Shown: one piece after another, positions 28,990 to 38,459 of the stretch
Numbering within the stretch: the stretch's first letter is position 1
Layout of the letters: every line of letters starts with the position of its first letter
DNA from: a virus
Taxonomy: Duplodnaviria > Caudoviricetes
IMG/VR virus record: IMGVR_UViG_3300044674_000260
Coordinates: 1-56,298 of that record
Length of the DNA: 56,298 nucleotides
Reading direction: 5' to 3' (one strand)
Made by a program: the position numbers and the translations under genes
Notes under the pieces: generated by a model
What the model was told of the DNA's origin: nothing
Database searches by the model: none
Seen by the model: only the letters and a program-made list of their open reading frames with translations

Positions 28990-29328
28990 ATGCTAATGAG
29001 TAAAGAAGAGTATGATTTTAACGGTAACGGCAAGATCGACCCTGATGAGCGGGAGATCATGCTAGAGGACCGTCGCCGTCGTATGGAAGACGCAGACGCG
29101 AAGAGGGACGCACAGAGGGGCATGACGTGGTTTGCCTTGTCAGGTATGGTTTTGTACCCTTTGGTGATTCTAGCAGCCTCTCTGATGGGCATGGAGCAGG
29201 CTGCATCGTTGATCGCTGATATTGCGGCAGTGTATGTTGTGTCAGTGTCTGGTGTAACAGCAGCTTACTTTGGATTTAACGCGATGGAGGCTAAGAATGC
29301 TACAAGCTCTAATCGGACCAATAACTGA
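28990..29328 (+). CDS. holin-like membrane protein
   Basis: DFNGNGKID EF-hand-like loop plus two TM helices; lysis region. Confidence 0.55.
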   Translation: MLMSKEEYDFNGNGKIDPDEREIMLEDRRRRMEDADAKRDAQRGMTWFALSGMVLYPLVILAASLMGMEQAASLIADIAAVYVVSVSGVTAAYFGFNAMEAKNATSSNRTNN

Positions 29329-29680
29329 ACTGGCGGGTGGTTGGCTCAAGGGGAAGGCTGACGCACAGGCTGCGTCTGCTAAACTAAAGCTAACTGAGGC
29401 TGAAGCCAAAGCTAAGATCATGCTTTCAAAAGAAACGTCCATAGCGGACTGGGAACGGATCATGGCAGAGGGTTCTACGTCGTCATGGAAGGACGAATGG
29501 TTCGTAATTATCCTGTCGATTCCATTGATTTTGTGCTGGATTCCGGGTGCAGAAGGTTGGGTAGACCGAGGCTTTGAACAGCTTAACAAGGCACCTGACT
29601 GGTATTTTTACAGCCTTGGAATTGCAATAAGTGCGTCTTTTGGAATCCGAGGGGCACAGGCGTTCTTTAAGAGGAAGTGA
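29297..29680 (+). CDS. holin (3TM/GTA-holin-like)
   Basis: GGAGG RBS; SSWKDEW...PDWY...SFGIR motif. Confidence 0.65.
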   Translation: MLQALIGPITELAGGWLKGKADAQAASAKLKLTEAEAKAKIMLSKETSIADWERIMAEGSTSSWKDEWFVIILSIPLILCWIPGAEGWVDRGFEQLNKAPDWYFYSLGIAISASFGIRGAQAFFKRK

Positions 29681-30045
29681 TGGAAAATCTAAAAGTACCT
29701 ATAGCTCTTGTAGCAGCGATGGCTGTGCAGCTTGCTGGCGGCGTCTGGTGGGTGTCTCAACAAGCTGCGACTATAGCAAACCTAGAAGAAACAGTTAGCC
29801 AACTTGGATCAAAGATGGCTATCGAAGATAACGTCAATCTCAAGCGCGACGTGCAAGATAACGCCATGGAGATAGACTATTTGTGGGACGAGCTAGACGA
29901 ATTGTGGGAAGACCATGACAATCTGGCCCGTACAATCGGTGCGATTACCGCATTGCAGCAGCGTGTAGCGTTGCTTGAAAACGAACTTAAATACATCAAC
30001 CGTGACCACGAGGGCATGCTTGATATGAAGGGAAGTATGAAATAA
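29677..30045 (+). CDS. membrane-anchored coiled-coil protein (spanin-like?)
   Basis: N-terminal TM plus long coiled coil between holin and endolysin. Confidence 0.5.
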   Translation: MMENLKVPIALVAAMAVQLAGGVWWVSQQAATIANLEETVSQLGSKMAIEDNVNLKRDVQDNAMEIDYLWDELDELWEDHDNLARTIGAITALQQRVALLENELKYINRDHEGMLDMKGSMK

Positions 30046-30668
30046 TGGCAAAGGGTGACGCATTAAAGATGCTGCAAGCCAAGTGTGGCGTAACACCAGA
30101 TGGTGCTTTTGGGCCTAACACAGCCCGTGCAATCGCAAAGCATTATGACTTGAACGCCAACCGTGGGGCGCACTTGTTAGGTCAGGCAGCGCACGAAAGC
30201 GGTAACTTTATGATCAGCGAAGAGAATCTAAACTACCGCGCATCTACTATGTGCCGTGTGTGGCCCTCACGCTTTGCATCAGAGGCCGAAGCCGCGCCAT
30301 ACGCAATGAACCCCCAGAAGCTGGCAAACAAGGTTTATAACGGACGTATGGGCAATGCAGCGGGGTCTAATGATGGCTGGCTGTACGCGGGAAAAGGTTT
30401 CATTCAGTTGACAGGCAAGGACAACGTGCGAGCGTTTGCCGAACATATTGGTCGTGATGGTCTTGTAGATGATCCATCCCCTATTGCCGATGAGCTTGCC
30501 ATGGACAGCGCAATCTTCTTTTTTGAGAAGAACGGACTGTTTGGGCTTGCCGATAAGGGTGTTAATGAAAGTATCATCAAGAGTATCACAAAGCGTGTGA
30601 ATGGTGGCTATCATGGCCTTGATGACCGCATTGAGAAGACCAAAAAGATTTATGGGTGGCTATCGTAA
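30045..30668 (+). CDS. endolysin, glycoside hydrolase family 19 with N-terminal PG-binding motif
   Basis: DGAFGPNT; AHESG; ENLNY; GFIQLTGKDN; ITKRVNGG. Confidence 0.9.
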   Translation: MAKGDALKMLQAKCGVTPDGAFGPNTARAIAKHYDLNANRGAHLLGQAAHESGNFMISEENLNYRASTMCRVWPSRFASEAEAAPYAMNPQKLANKVYNGRMGNAAGSNDGWLYAGKGFIQLTGKDNVRAFAEHIGRDGLVDDPSPIADELAMDSAIFFFEKNGLFGLADKGVNESIIKSITKRVNGGYHGLDDRIEKTKKIYGWLS

Positions 30669-30749
30669 CTTGTTCGGCTTATTTTTCAAAAAAGATAACT
30701 CGAACAATTGTTCAAAATATGTATAATCTGGGTATCAGGAGATCGTTGA

Positions 30750-33119
30750 ATGCCGTTCACAAAACTTCAGTTTCGACCCGGAATAAACCGTGAAACCACT
30801 TCATACACCAACGAGGGTGGGTGGTTTGACATGGACAAAGTACGTTTTCGCTTTGGGTATCCTGAAAAGATTGGTGGCTGGATTAAGCAGTCTAGCACCA
30901 ACTTTTTAGGCACATGCCGCGCTCTACACCCTTGGGTAGCTTTGGACGGCACAAGCTACATTGGCGTTGGTACGCACTTGAAGTATTACATAAACGAAGG
31001 TGGCGGATACTCTGACATCACACCTATTCGCGCAACAACAAGCGCAGGCGATGTAACATTCACAGCGAATGCAAACACGCTTGGTGCTGATGTTGCGATC
31101 ATTGACACTGACATTACCTTAACGTCAAGCACAGGATTTCCTGACTCTGGACGTATCAAGATTAACGATGAAATCATAACGTATGCATCAATATCAGGTA
31201 ATATCCTGACTGGCTGTACTCGTGGAGTCAATGATACTACGGCAGCAGCGCACACATCTGGTGATGCAGTTACATGTGCGACATTGATCGTTTCTGACAC
31301 AGATCATGGCGCGTTGGAGAATGACTTTGTTACGTTCTCAGGAGCAGCAACTCTTGGCGATGTGATAACCGCAGATGTTCTTAACCAAGAGTATCAGATC
31401 ACAGCGATTGTGGATAGTGATACCTATCAAATAGAAGCGCGTGAAGTTTCCACAATCAACAGCATAACGACATCAACTGGTCTAAACCCAACGTATGTTT
31501 TCGCAACGACTTCAGATAGTGGTAGTGGGGGTGCAAGCGTTGTTGGCACATATCAGATTAACACTGGCCTTGATACAACCATCGTGGGTAACGGTTGGGG
31601 CGCAGGGACTTGGAGCCGTGGGGCTTGGGGTTCAGCATCATCCCTAACAGCATCTGGTCAAACATTGCGTATTTGGTCACACGATAACTTTGGTGAAGAC
31701 CTTATTATTAACGTGCGTGACGCTGGCATTTACTATTGGGACAAGACAAACGGCACAACAAATCGTGCTGTTCTGCTAGGCTCAACTGGCACCATAGCTG
31801 CCATTTCATCGTCTGGTACATCCACAGGTTCTGCGACATACACACGCGTTACGCAGGACAGCACAAGCGGTTCTGGTGGTGGTGCAGAGTTCATTATCGA
31901 AGCAGTTAGCGGTGTTTACAACATCGTCAGCATCGTTGGTGGTGGTGTGAACTATCAGGTTTCTGATACAATAACTATTCTTGGCACTAGCTTGGGTGGA
32001 ACTTCTCCAGTAAACGATCTAACGATTACAGTAGATCAGATAGAAAACTACAATAACACACCAACTGTTGCGAAGCAGGTTCTTGTTTCTGACCGAGATC
32101 GCCATGTGATTGCATTTGGCTGTGACGCTGAGACAACCCCGGGCATCCAAGACCCCTTACTTATTCGCTTCTCCGACCAAGAAAACATTCTTAACTGGAA
32201 TGCAAATGTTGAAAACACAGCGGGTGATTTAAGGATTGGTTCTGGATCGCAGATTGTAACCGCTATCGAAACAAGGCAGCAGGTGCTTGTCTTTACTGAT
32301 GTGTCGCTACACGCCATGCAGTACCTTGGACCGCCATTCACCTTCGGCATCAACGCCATCTCTGAAAACATTACGATTGCGGGTCCGCTTGCGGCGATTA
32401 ACGTTGAGGACAATGTATTCTGGATGGGCGCAGAAGAGTTCTACGTCTACGGTGGTGCAGTGCAACGTTTGCCCTGTTCTGTGCGAGATTACGTCTTCAC
32501 TGACATCAACAATGATCAGCTTGAGAAGGTTACAGCGTCCACCAACACTGCATTCTCTGAGGTGACATGGTTCTATCCATCATCCTCAAGCAATGAGAAT
32601 GATCGCTACGTTACCTACAACTATCAGCAAAAAGTATGGTATTATGGTACTTTATCTCGCACGGTCTGGCTAGATCGTGGCGTAAATGCCGAGCCTATTG
32701 CTGCTGCTCCAGATCATTCCTTGTATTTGCATGAGATTGGCTTTGATGATGGCAGCACAAGCCCAGCGCAGGGCATTAGCGCCTACATTGAGTCCAGCCA
32801 AATGGACCTTGGAGAAGGCGAACAATTTGTATTCATGAAGCGTCTAATACCAGATATGACGTTCCGTGACTCGTCAAACCCTACACCTAGTGCCACAATG
32901 ACGCTGAAAGTGCGCAACTTCCCGGGTGCAAACTACTCTAACTCAAACAATGGTTCTGTTGCTAAAACAGCCAGTGTCCCGGTAGAGCAGTTCACAGACC
33001 AGATATTTGTTCGGCTTAGAGGTAGATCGTTCGCCTTCAGGATTGAAAGCGATGACACAGGCGTAGCGTGGAGACTTGGTTCACCGAGGGTTGAAGTAAG
33101 GCCAGACGGGAGAAGGTAA
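30750..33119 (+). CDS. tail nozzle/stabilisation protein (P22 gp10/tubular B-like)
   Basis: FRPGINRETT, LIRFSDQEN, EVTWFYPS motifs; 789 aa beta-rich. Confidence 0.75.
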   Translation: MPFTKLQFRPGINRETTSYTNEGGWFDMDKVRFRFGYPEKIGGWIKQSSTNFLGTCRALHPWVALDGTSYIGVGTHLKYYINEGGGYSDITPIRATTSAGDVTFTANANTLGADVAIIDTDITLTSSTGFPDSGRIKINDEIITYASISGNILTGCTRGVNDTTAAAHTSGDAVTCATLIVSDTDHGALENDFVTFSGAATLGDVITADVLNQEYQITAIVDSDTYQIEAREVSTINSITTSTGLNPTYVFATTSDSGSGGASVVGTYQINTGLDTTIVGNGWGAGTWSRGAWGSASSLTASGQTLRIWSHDNFGEDLIINVRDAGIYYWDKTNGTTNRAVLLGSTGTIAAISSSGTSTGSATYTRVTQDSTSGSGGGAEFIIEAVSGVYNIVSIVGGGVNYQVSDTITILGTSLGGTSPVNDLTITVDQIENYNNTPTVAKQVLVSDRDRHVIAFGCDAETTPGIQDPLLIRFSDQENILNWNANVENTAGDLRIGSGSQIVTAIETRQQVLVFTDVSLHAMQYLGPPFTFGINAISENITIAGPLAAINVEDNVFWMGAEEFYVYGGAVQRLPCSVRDYVFTDINNDQLEKVTASTNTAFSEVTWFYPSSSSNENDRYVTYNYQQKVWYYGTLSRTVWLDRGVNAEPIAAAPDHSLYLHEIGFDDGSTSPAQGISAYIESSQMDLGEGEQFVFMKRLIPDMTFRDSSNPTPSATMTLKVRNFPGANYSNSNNGSVAKTASVPVEQFTDQIFVRLRGRSFAFRIESDDTGVAWRLGSPRVEVRPDGRR

Positions 33120-33415
33120 TGTCCAGAAACCTTACCTTACCGTTCTTTCCAGTACCGCCTGAAGAGTACGATTATCAATATTTTGCAGAGTTAGTTCGAG
33201 CATACTCCACGTATCTTGAGCAAATACAAAACGCAGGTGAGGGTCGTAATACGTTTACGGTCTTTACTGCCTTGCAAACAGACGACAGTGGCCTAGAGTT
33301 AGGCGGCGTCTTTAACCATGGCGGCTATCTCAAGGTCGCTGAAATTAACACTCCACATGTTCGTGGCTCGCAAGGCACAGGACAAGTTGGATATGTAACG
33401 GTGACAACATCATGA
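33119..33415 (+). CDS. tail-associated protein
   Basis: TAATG coupling; PPEEYD motif. Confidence 0.65.
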   Translation: MSRNLTLPFFPVPPEEYDYQYFAELVRAYSTYLEQIQNAGEGRNTFTVFTALQTDDSGLELGGVFNHGGYLKVAEINTPHVRGSQGTGQVGYVTVTTS

Positions 33416-33642
33416 CAGATACAGTAATCACAATGTCAAATGGGTCGAAATGGCGACCTTCAACAAGCACAGACACAGTTCATTGTGCTAACTGTGACAA
33501 CGCGGTTGACACGCCAGAAGAGATTGCAAGCTACCCCGATGGCAATTGTCCACAATGCAATAATTCTTGGACTGGCGGTGAAAAACGCAGTACAAGTATT
33601 CAAGTAACAATGCCTGAGTCTCTTTCTGGGTCTACACTCTAG
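33412..33642 (+). CDS. small zinc-ribbon protein
   Basis: CANC...CPQC. Confidence 0.6.
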   Translation: MTDTVITMSNGSKWRPSTSTDTVHCANCDNAVDTPEEIASYPDGNCPQCNNSWTGGEKRSTSIQVTMPESLSGSTL

Positions 33643-33694
33643 TAATTTATGCCGACATTTGGTAACTTAATGGCAGTGATCACGAGGTTTTAAT

Positions 33695-34783
33695 ATGCAG
33701 GACATGGCAAGGTACGGTAGAAACGGCGATACCATGATGGCTCACGTAGCTCCGGGCGAGATGGTTGTGCCTCAAGATGTGTTGCAGGAAAACCCCGAAG
33801 TAGCCCAAGGATTAGGTGTAGCGTTTCGTGATTCTGGCATGGACCCACTGCGTTATACAGTCGGTTCTGGGTACAACAGCATCAACCCTGCAACTGGTGA
33901 ACCCGAGTTCTTTAGCATTAAAGATTTGTTTAAAAAAGGTTTAGACGTTGGCAAGAAGTTTCTTGGTAGTTCTGCGGGTCAGGCTGTAACAACTCAAGTT
34001 TTGGGCGATCTTCTTCAAGGTCGTAAGCCAAGCCTACGTGATGCGCTCGTAAGCGGTGCCATAGGTGGTGGACTTGGTGCGCTGTCAGGTGACACTTCAT
34101 TAGCTCAAGCCTTTGGCTTTGGTGATGTCGAAGGTGTACCTACTCGCCAGAAAGGTGCTGATCTATCTGCATTTGGCGGCAAAACAGGTGACGCTCTTAC
34201 GGAAAAGCTAATTGAAAGCAAAACAAAAGGCATTGACCCCATATCAGGTGGCTACAAAGAAGGCTTGCTTGGTATCGGTGAGTTCTTTGGCCTTGATCCA
34301 AAAGACGGCATTGGTCGTATGTTAAACACAGAAATAGGTGAAGCATTGGCAATGGGCCTTGGCTCTAAGCTGATGGACTCAATCTTCCCACCTGATGACA
34401 CACCCTCAGCGGCTGATCTTGCAGCGGCACGAGCAAATCGCTCGTATAGAGAGATCGTGTCTGACCCAGATCGTATTAAGTTAAGAACAGTGCGCCGACC
34501 AAGAGGGACCGCAGATCAAATCAAACAATACTTTGAAGACAATCCAAACCCGAACTCTAACTTTATTCAGTTGAACAAGGGTGGTCCAACATATTTCCCA
34601 CGCCGTGACGGTGGCATCATGCCGAGCGAAGGTTCTGGTACAAAAGATGATGTTCCTGCTATGCTAACGGCAGGCGAGTTCGTAATGACTCGTGATGCAG
34701 TAAAGGGCGCAGGCAACGGTGACGTTAACAGAGGCATCCAGAAAATGTATGGTATGATGGATAAACTGGAGGGCATGTCGTAA
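33695..34783 (+). CDS. putative internal virion/ejection protein
   Basis: GDTMMAHVAPGE N-terminal and GTKDDVPAMLTAGEFV C-terminal motifs; Gly-rich hydrophobic segment. Confidence 0.65.
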   Translation: MQDMARYGRNGDTMMAHVAPGEMVVPQDVLQENPEVAQGLGVAFRDSGMDPLRYTVGSGYNSINPATGEPEFFSIKDLFKKGLDVGKKFLGSSAGQAVTTQVLGDLLQGRKPSLRDALVSGAIGGGLGALSGDTSLAQAFGFGDVEGVPTRQKGADLSAFGGKTGDALTEKLIESKTKGIDPISGGYKEGLLGIGEFFGLDPKDGIGRMLNTEIGEALAMGLGSKLMDSIFPPDDTPSAADLAAARANRSYREIVSDPDRIKLRTVRRPRGTADQIKQYFEDNPNPNSNFIQLNKGGPTYFPRRDGGIMPSEGSGTKDDVPAMLTAGEFVMTRDAVKGAGNGDVNRGIQKMYGMMDKLEGMS

Positions 34784-36531
34784 TGGCTGATACAGTAACA
34801 GAATCCACGATAACGCAGGCGCGTCCGCAGTATATTCAGGATATAGATCAGGCACTTCTTGGTCGAATCTTTGGTGCTCCTCTTACAGAGGGCCAAGAGT
34901 TTATTTCTGGTTATGAAGAAGACGGAACGCCAATATATTCAACTGCTACGGCTGAAGATGTAGAACAGTATGGTGGTACGCTATTCGGCGGTATTATTGA
35001 TGACCCCGAACTGTTTAACATCCCAGATTACGTTCAGGCAGGTGCTGATCCACTTCAATCTGCTGTAACGGCTACACTTGGTGACGCAGAGCAACGCCAA
35101 GCGTTTATGGATCGTTATATTCCGTATTTCCAAACAGATGATGGCAAGCCGCGCTATTTGCCAGAAGCAGGCACTGCGTTAGAAACTGGCGCAACATCTA
35201 TTGAAAAAGCACTTACAGATTACTTCCCAGATGCGAAGACATATTTGCAAGAGGGTCGTGGCACTACAGGTGTAAAGAACATTTACGACACAGCATTGTC
35301 AGGTGTTCGTAGCGATATTCAGCAAGGCACAGATACTTTTGACGCTAAGAGCCGAGCAGAAAACCTATTAGGTGGTGCGCAAACAGCCATTCAAGGTGGT
35401 CTTGGTCAGTTTGCACCACAAAGCCTAGACTCAGGTGGTCAGTTTGGCGCAGAAGGTGCTTTTGATCGCAGAACTGGTCGTGCATTTGAGCTTGCCGAGC
35501 AAGGCTTAGGTGGGTTTGATCCTAACAAAGTCACAGAGTTTATGGACCCCTACAAAGAGCAGGTCATTGATGCTGCTATGAAGCGCATTGACCGTGAGGG
35601 CGCAAAGCGTCGTCAAGCAGGTGCAGCGCAAGCAATTGGCGCAGGGGCTTTTGGCGGTTCTCGTGCAGGTGTTCAGGCAGCAGAGACTGAACGCGCTATT
35701 GAAGAAACAAAGCAGCAAACCGTTGCGAACCTTATGTCTCAAGGCTACGACAAAGCTATGGCAAACGCTATGGCGACTGACGAAGCCGAACGCAAACGTG
35801 CGCTACAAGCCTCTGGACTGACTGGTGAGCTAGGTGCAAAGGGAACTATTCTTGAATCACAGGCGTTTGAAGATGCAGCTAAACGTGGTCTAGCAGCCGC
35901 AACTACCGAAGGCCAAATGAAGCAGAAAGCATATGAAGATGCCATGAAGCGTCAATTGGCTGGAGGTCAGGAGCTTGGTCGCTTGGGCACAACACAGTTG
36001 GGCGCAGAAGCACAGGCATTTGAGTCTGGCGAAGACCGCATGCTGAAAGCGGCTGACATGTATCGTAGCATGGGCCTTTCAAGCGCAGAGGCGCAAGCGA
36101 GAGCGGCTGAAGACGAGAAGAAGCGCAGCTTAGAATCAGGTCGTTTGATGGGTGGCCTTGGTCAAACATACGGTCAGATCGGCGGTGCGCAGGCAGACAT
36201 CGGTCAGGCATATGGTCAGTTAGCAGGAACAGCGGCAGACATTGGTCGTGTGTTCGCAGGTATGTCTCCTGCCGATATGCAGTTCATGTACGAAATGGGT
36301 GGCAAAGAGCGTCAATACGCTCAACAAGCCGAAGACTTCAAGCGTCAGAATGAGCTATCGAAAACACAGCAAGCCTTGGCACCATACAGCTACGGTCAGA
36401 CATTCGTGGCAGGATCGCCATCAGCATCTATGTATAGTCAATATACGCAGACACCGCAGACACAAGTAGACCCATTCATGCAGGGCGTTGGAACATATGC
36501 AACGATGCAGGGTCTAAACCAAATGGGATAA
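34783..36531 (+). CDS. putative ejection (pilot/DNA transfer) protein
   Basis: A/Q/G-rich helical; GAFGGSRAGV motif. Confidence 0.65.
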   Translation: MADTVTESTITQARPQYIQDIDQALLGRIFGAPLTEGQEFISGYEEDGTPIYSTATAEDVEQYGGTLFGGIIDDPELFNIPDYVQAGADPLQSAVTATLGDAEQRQAFMDRYIPYFQTDDGKPRYLPEAGTALETGATSIEKALTDYFPDAKTYLQEGRGTTGVKNIYDTALSGVRSDIQQGTDTFDAKSRAENLLGGAQTAIQGGLGQFAPQSLDSGGQFGAEGAFDRRTGRAFELAEQGLGGFDPNKVTEFMDPYKEQVIDAAMKRIDREGAKRRQAGAAQAIGAGAFGGSRAGVQAAETERAIEETKQQTVANLMSQGYDKAMANAMATDEAERKRALQASGLTGELGAKGTILESQAFEDAAKRGLAAATTEGQMKQKAYEDAMKRQLAGGQELGRLGTTQLGAEAQAFESGEDRMLKAADMYRSMGLSSAEAQARAAEDEKKRSLESGRLMGGLGQTYGQIGGAQADIGQAYGQLAGTAADIGRVFAGMSPADMQFMYEMGGKERQYAQQAEDFKRQNELSKTQQALAPYSYGQTFVAGSPSASMYSQYTQTPQTQVDPFMQGVGTYATMQGLNQMG

Positions 36532-36540
36532 GAGGTTTAT

Positions 36541-38457
36541 ATGGCTAGAAGACCTATGACGCCAGCACAGCGGTACGAAGAAGTAGCTCAACGCTATATG
36601 AATGACCCAAGCCGAACAAGTGTTCGTGGTGGGCTGGAGAGTTTGTTCGCTGCTGAAGGTCCAGAGTCTGTAGGGACTTTCGTTAACATTCCGTCTGCGA
36701 AAACAAGCGCGTCAGGAAGACTGGCTGCTTTCCAAGAAATGACAGATGCCTTAGCTCCCTTTTATGGCGATGACTTTGACCCTTCAGGTATATTAGGCCC
36801 ACTGATTGAACGCAGCGGTCAGATGGATCGAGGAGAATATTTGACTGCACCTATTGAGAACGTCACTCAGCAAGAGGGTGGCTTTTTTGGTGGTAAGGGA
36901 ATGCTGAGTTCGCCATCTGGAATGTCTTTTGGCGCAGGCTCTGAAGAGCTTTCTGAGCTAGAAAAAGCAAGCCGCATGATCAAAGATTCCGCAGTTCCGG
37001 GTCGCTTTGAGGGCGTAGGGAACTTGCGACAACGCGAGATACTCGCAGACGAAGCGGCTCGCATTGAGGCTATGGATGATGACGCAGATATATTTGCTGC
37101 GGACTCAGTTGATGAGATTGGTGCATTGCTTGCGCAACTGGACGCAAAGCCAAAGCCTACTGGTGATGAGCAGATGCCAACGCCTGAAGAAACTCTTCAA
37201 GCTGCCACTACAGGTGGACGCGGTACAACTGTTGAAAAGCCGGGCGAACGCGCAGCTTATATGAAGATGCAAGAGTCTTTGAAAAAAGGTTCAGAGAAAA
37301 CCAACGCGGCTGAAGAGGCATTCACAGCAGCTATGGCTGATGTATCCAAGCCCAAGAAGGGCGAGTCCAAAGCCGATGCAATTGCTCGGTATAAGAAAGA
37401 GTTCCAAGAAGCTACAGGCATTGACGCAAGCGGTAAGATTGACAAAAGCCGTGCGCTTATGGCGTTTGGTTTGGCATTGATGCGTAACAAATCAGGTGGC
37501 AAAGGGTTCTCTGGTGCGCTTGAAGCATTGAGTGGCGCAGGCGAAGCGGCAATGCCATATATCGACAAGGCAACTGCGGATGCGAAAGCTGCACAGCTTG
37601 CAGCAGGTCAATACGCATTGCAGCAACGTCGTGCAGATGTTGATGCTGCATTGGCAGCAGCAAAAGCCGAACAAGATTTTGCAAGAGAGAAGTATCTGAA
37701 ATGGTATGAATCTAACTTGAAAATGAAAGAGCAAGATGCCAAAGCTAGTTTGGATGCGCAATTAGAGGTCATTAAAGCTCAGGCAACTGGTGGTGACTAT
37801 AGCAAGACTAAGGATCGCAAGTTTGTGGATGGTCAAGGCTCATCAGAGTCATGGAAAGTTCCATATGTCTATGACGCGAAAGACCCGAATGGTGGCTTCT
37901 TCCTAAAGCCTGAAGCTGCAATTCGTAAGCACATTCAAGGTCGTGATGGTGTTGTTGATGCGCGTGAGACAATTGACGCGTTACGCACAGCGGCAACAGA
38001 GATTGCAGAGGGTGGCGGTACTATAGAAGTCGCCTACCAAAAGCTACACTCTATAATGAAGGCTATCGCTCCATCACAGTATTTGACGGGTGAGCCAACT
38101 AACGTCGAAGACTATAACTACGAAACGAAAAAACTACTCAACCAATACAAGCGTTTCCTTACACAAGAGACTGGTAACGGTATTTCAAACAAAGACGTTG
38201 AAATGTGGACGGACGATTTGATGGGTAACATTGGTTTCTTTACAAACCTTGATGCCTCATTGAACGCGCTTGATGGTCTTGATCAAATCTTTGCCGCAAA
38301 GCAAAATGACTTTGACAACGCTCTTGAAGAATTGCTTGATCCATCTAATCACCAAGCAGGAACTTATGATACGATTCTTGAAAAGTATGGTACTTATGAA
38401 GACCTGCAAGGATTAGGTTCACTTGTGTTTGTGGATGGTAAGCTAGTTAGGAAATAG
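36541..38457 (+). CDS. putative ejection protein
   Basis: helical 638 aa in core-protein position. Confidence 0.6.
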   Translation: MARRPMTPAQRYEEVAQRYMNDPSRTSVRGGLESLFAAEGPESVGTFVNIPSAKTSASGRLAAFQEMTDALAPFYGDDFDPSGILGPLIERSGQMDRGEYLTAPIENVTQQEGGFFGGKGMLSSPSGMSFGAGSEELSELEKASRMIKDSAVPGRFEGVGNLRQREILADEAARIEAMDDDADIFAADSVDEIGALLAQLDAKPKPTGDEQMPTPEETLQAATTGGRGTTVEKPGERAAYMKMQESLKKGSEKTNAAEEAFTAAMADVSKPKKGESKADAIARYKKEFQEATGIDASGKIDKSRALMAFGLALMRNKSGGKGFSGALEALSGAGEAAMPYIDKATADAKAAQLAAGQYALQQRRADVDAALAAAKAEQDFAREKYLKWYESNLKMKEQDAKASLDAQLEVIKAQATGGDYSKTKDRKFVDGQGSSESWKVPYVYDAKDPNGGFFLKPEAAIRKHIQGRDGVVDARETIDALRTAATEIAEGGGTIEVAYQKLHSIMKAIAPSQYLTGEPTNVEDYNYETKKLLNQYKRFLTQETGNGISNKDVEMWTDDLMGNIGFFTNLDASLNALDGLDQIFAAKQNDFDNALEELLDPSNHQAGTYDTILEKYGTYEDLQGLGSLVFVDGKLVRK

Positions 38458-38459
38458 TA

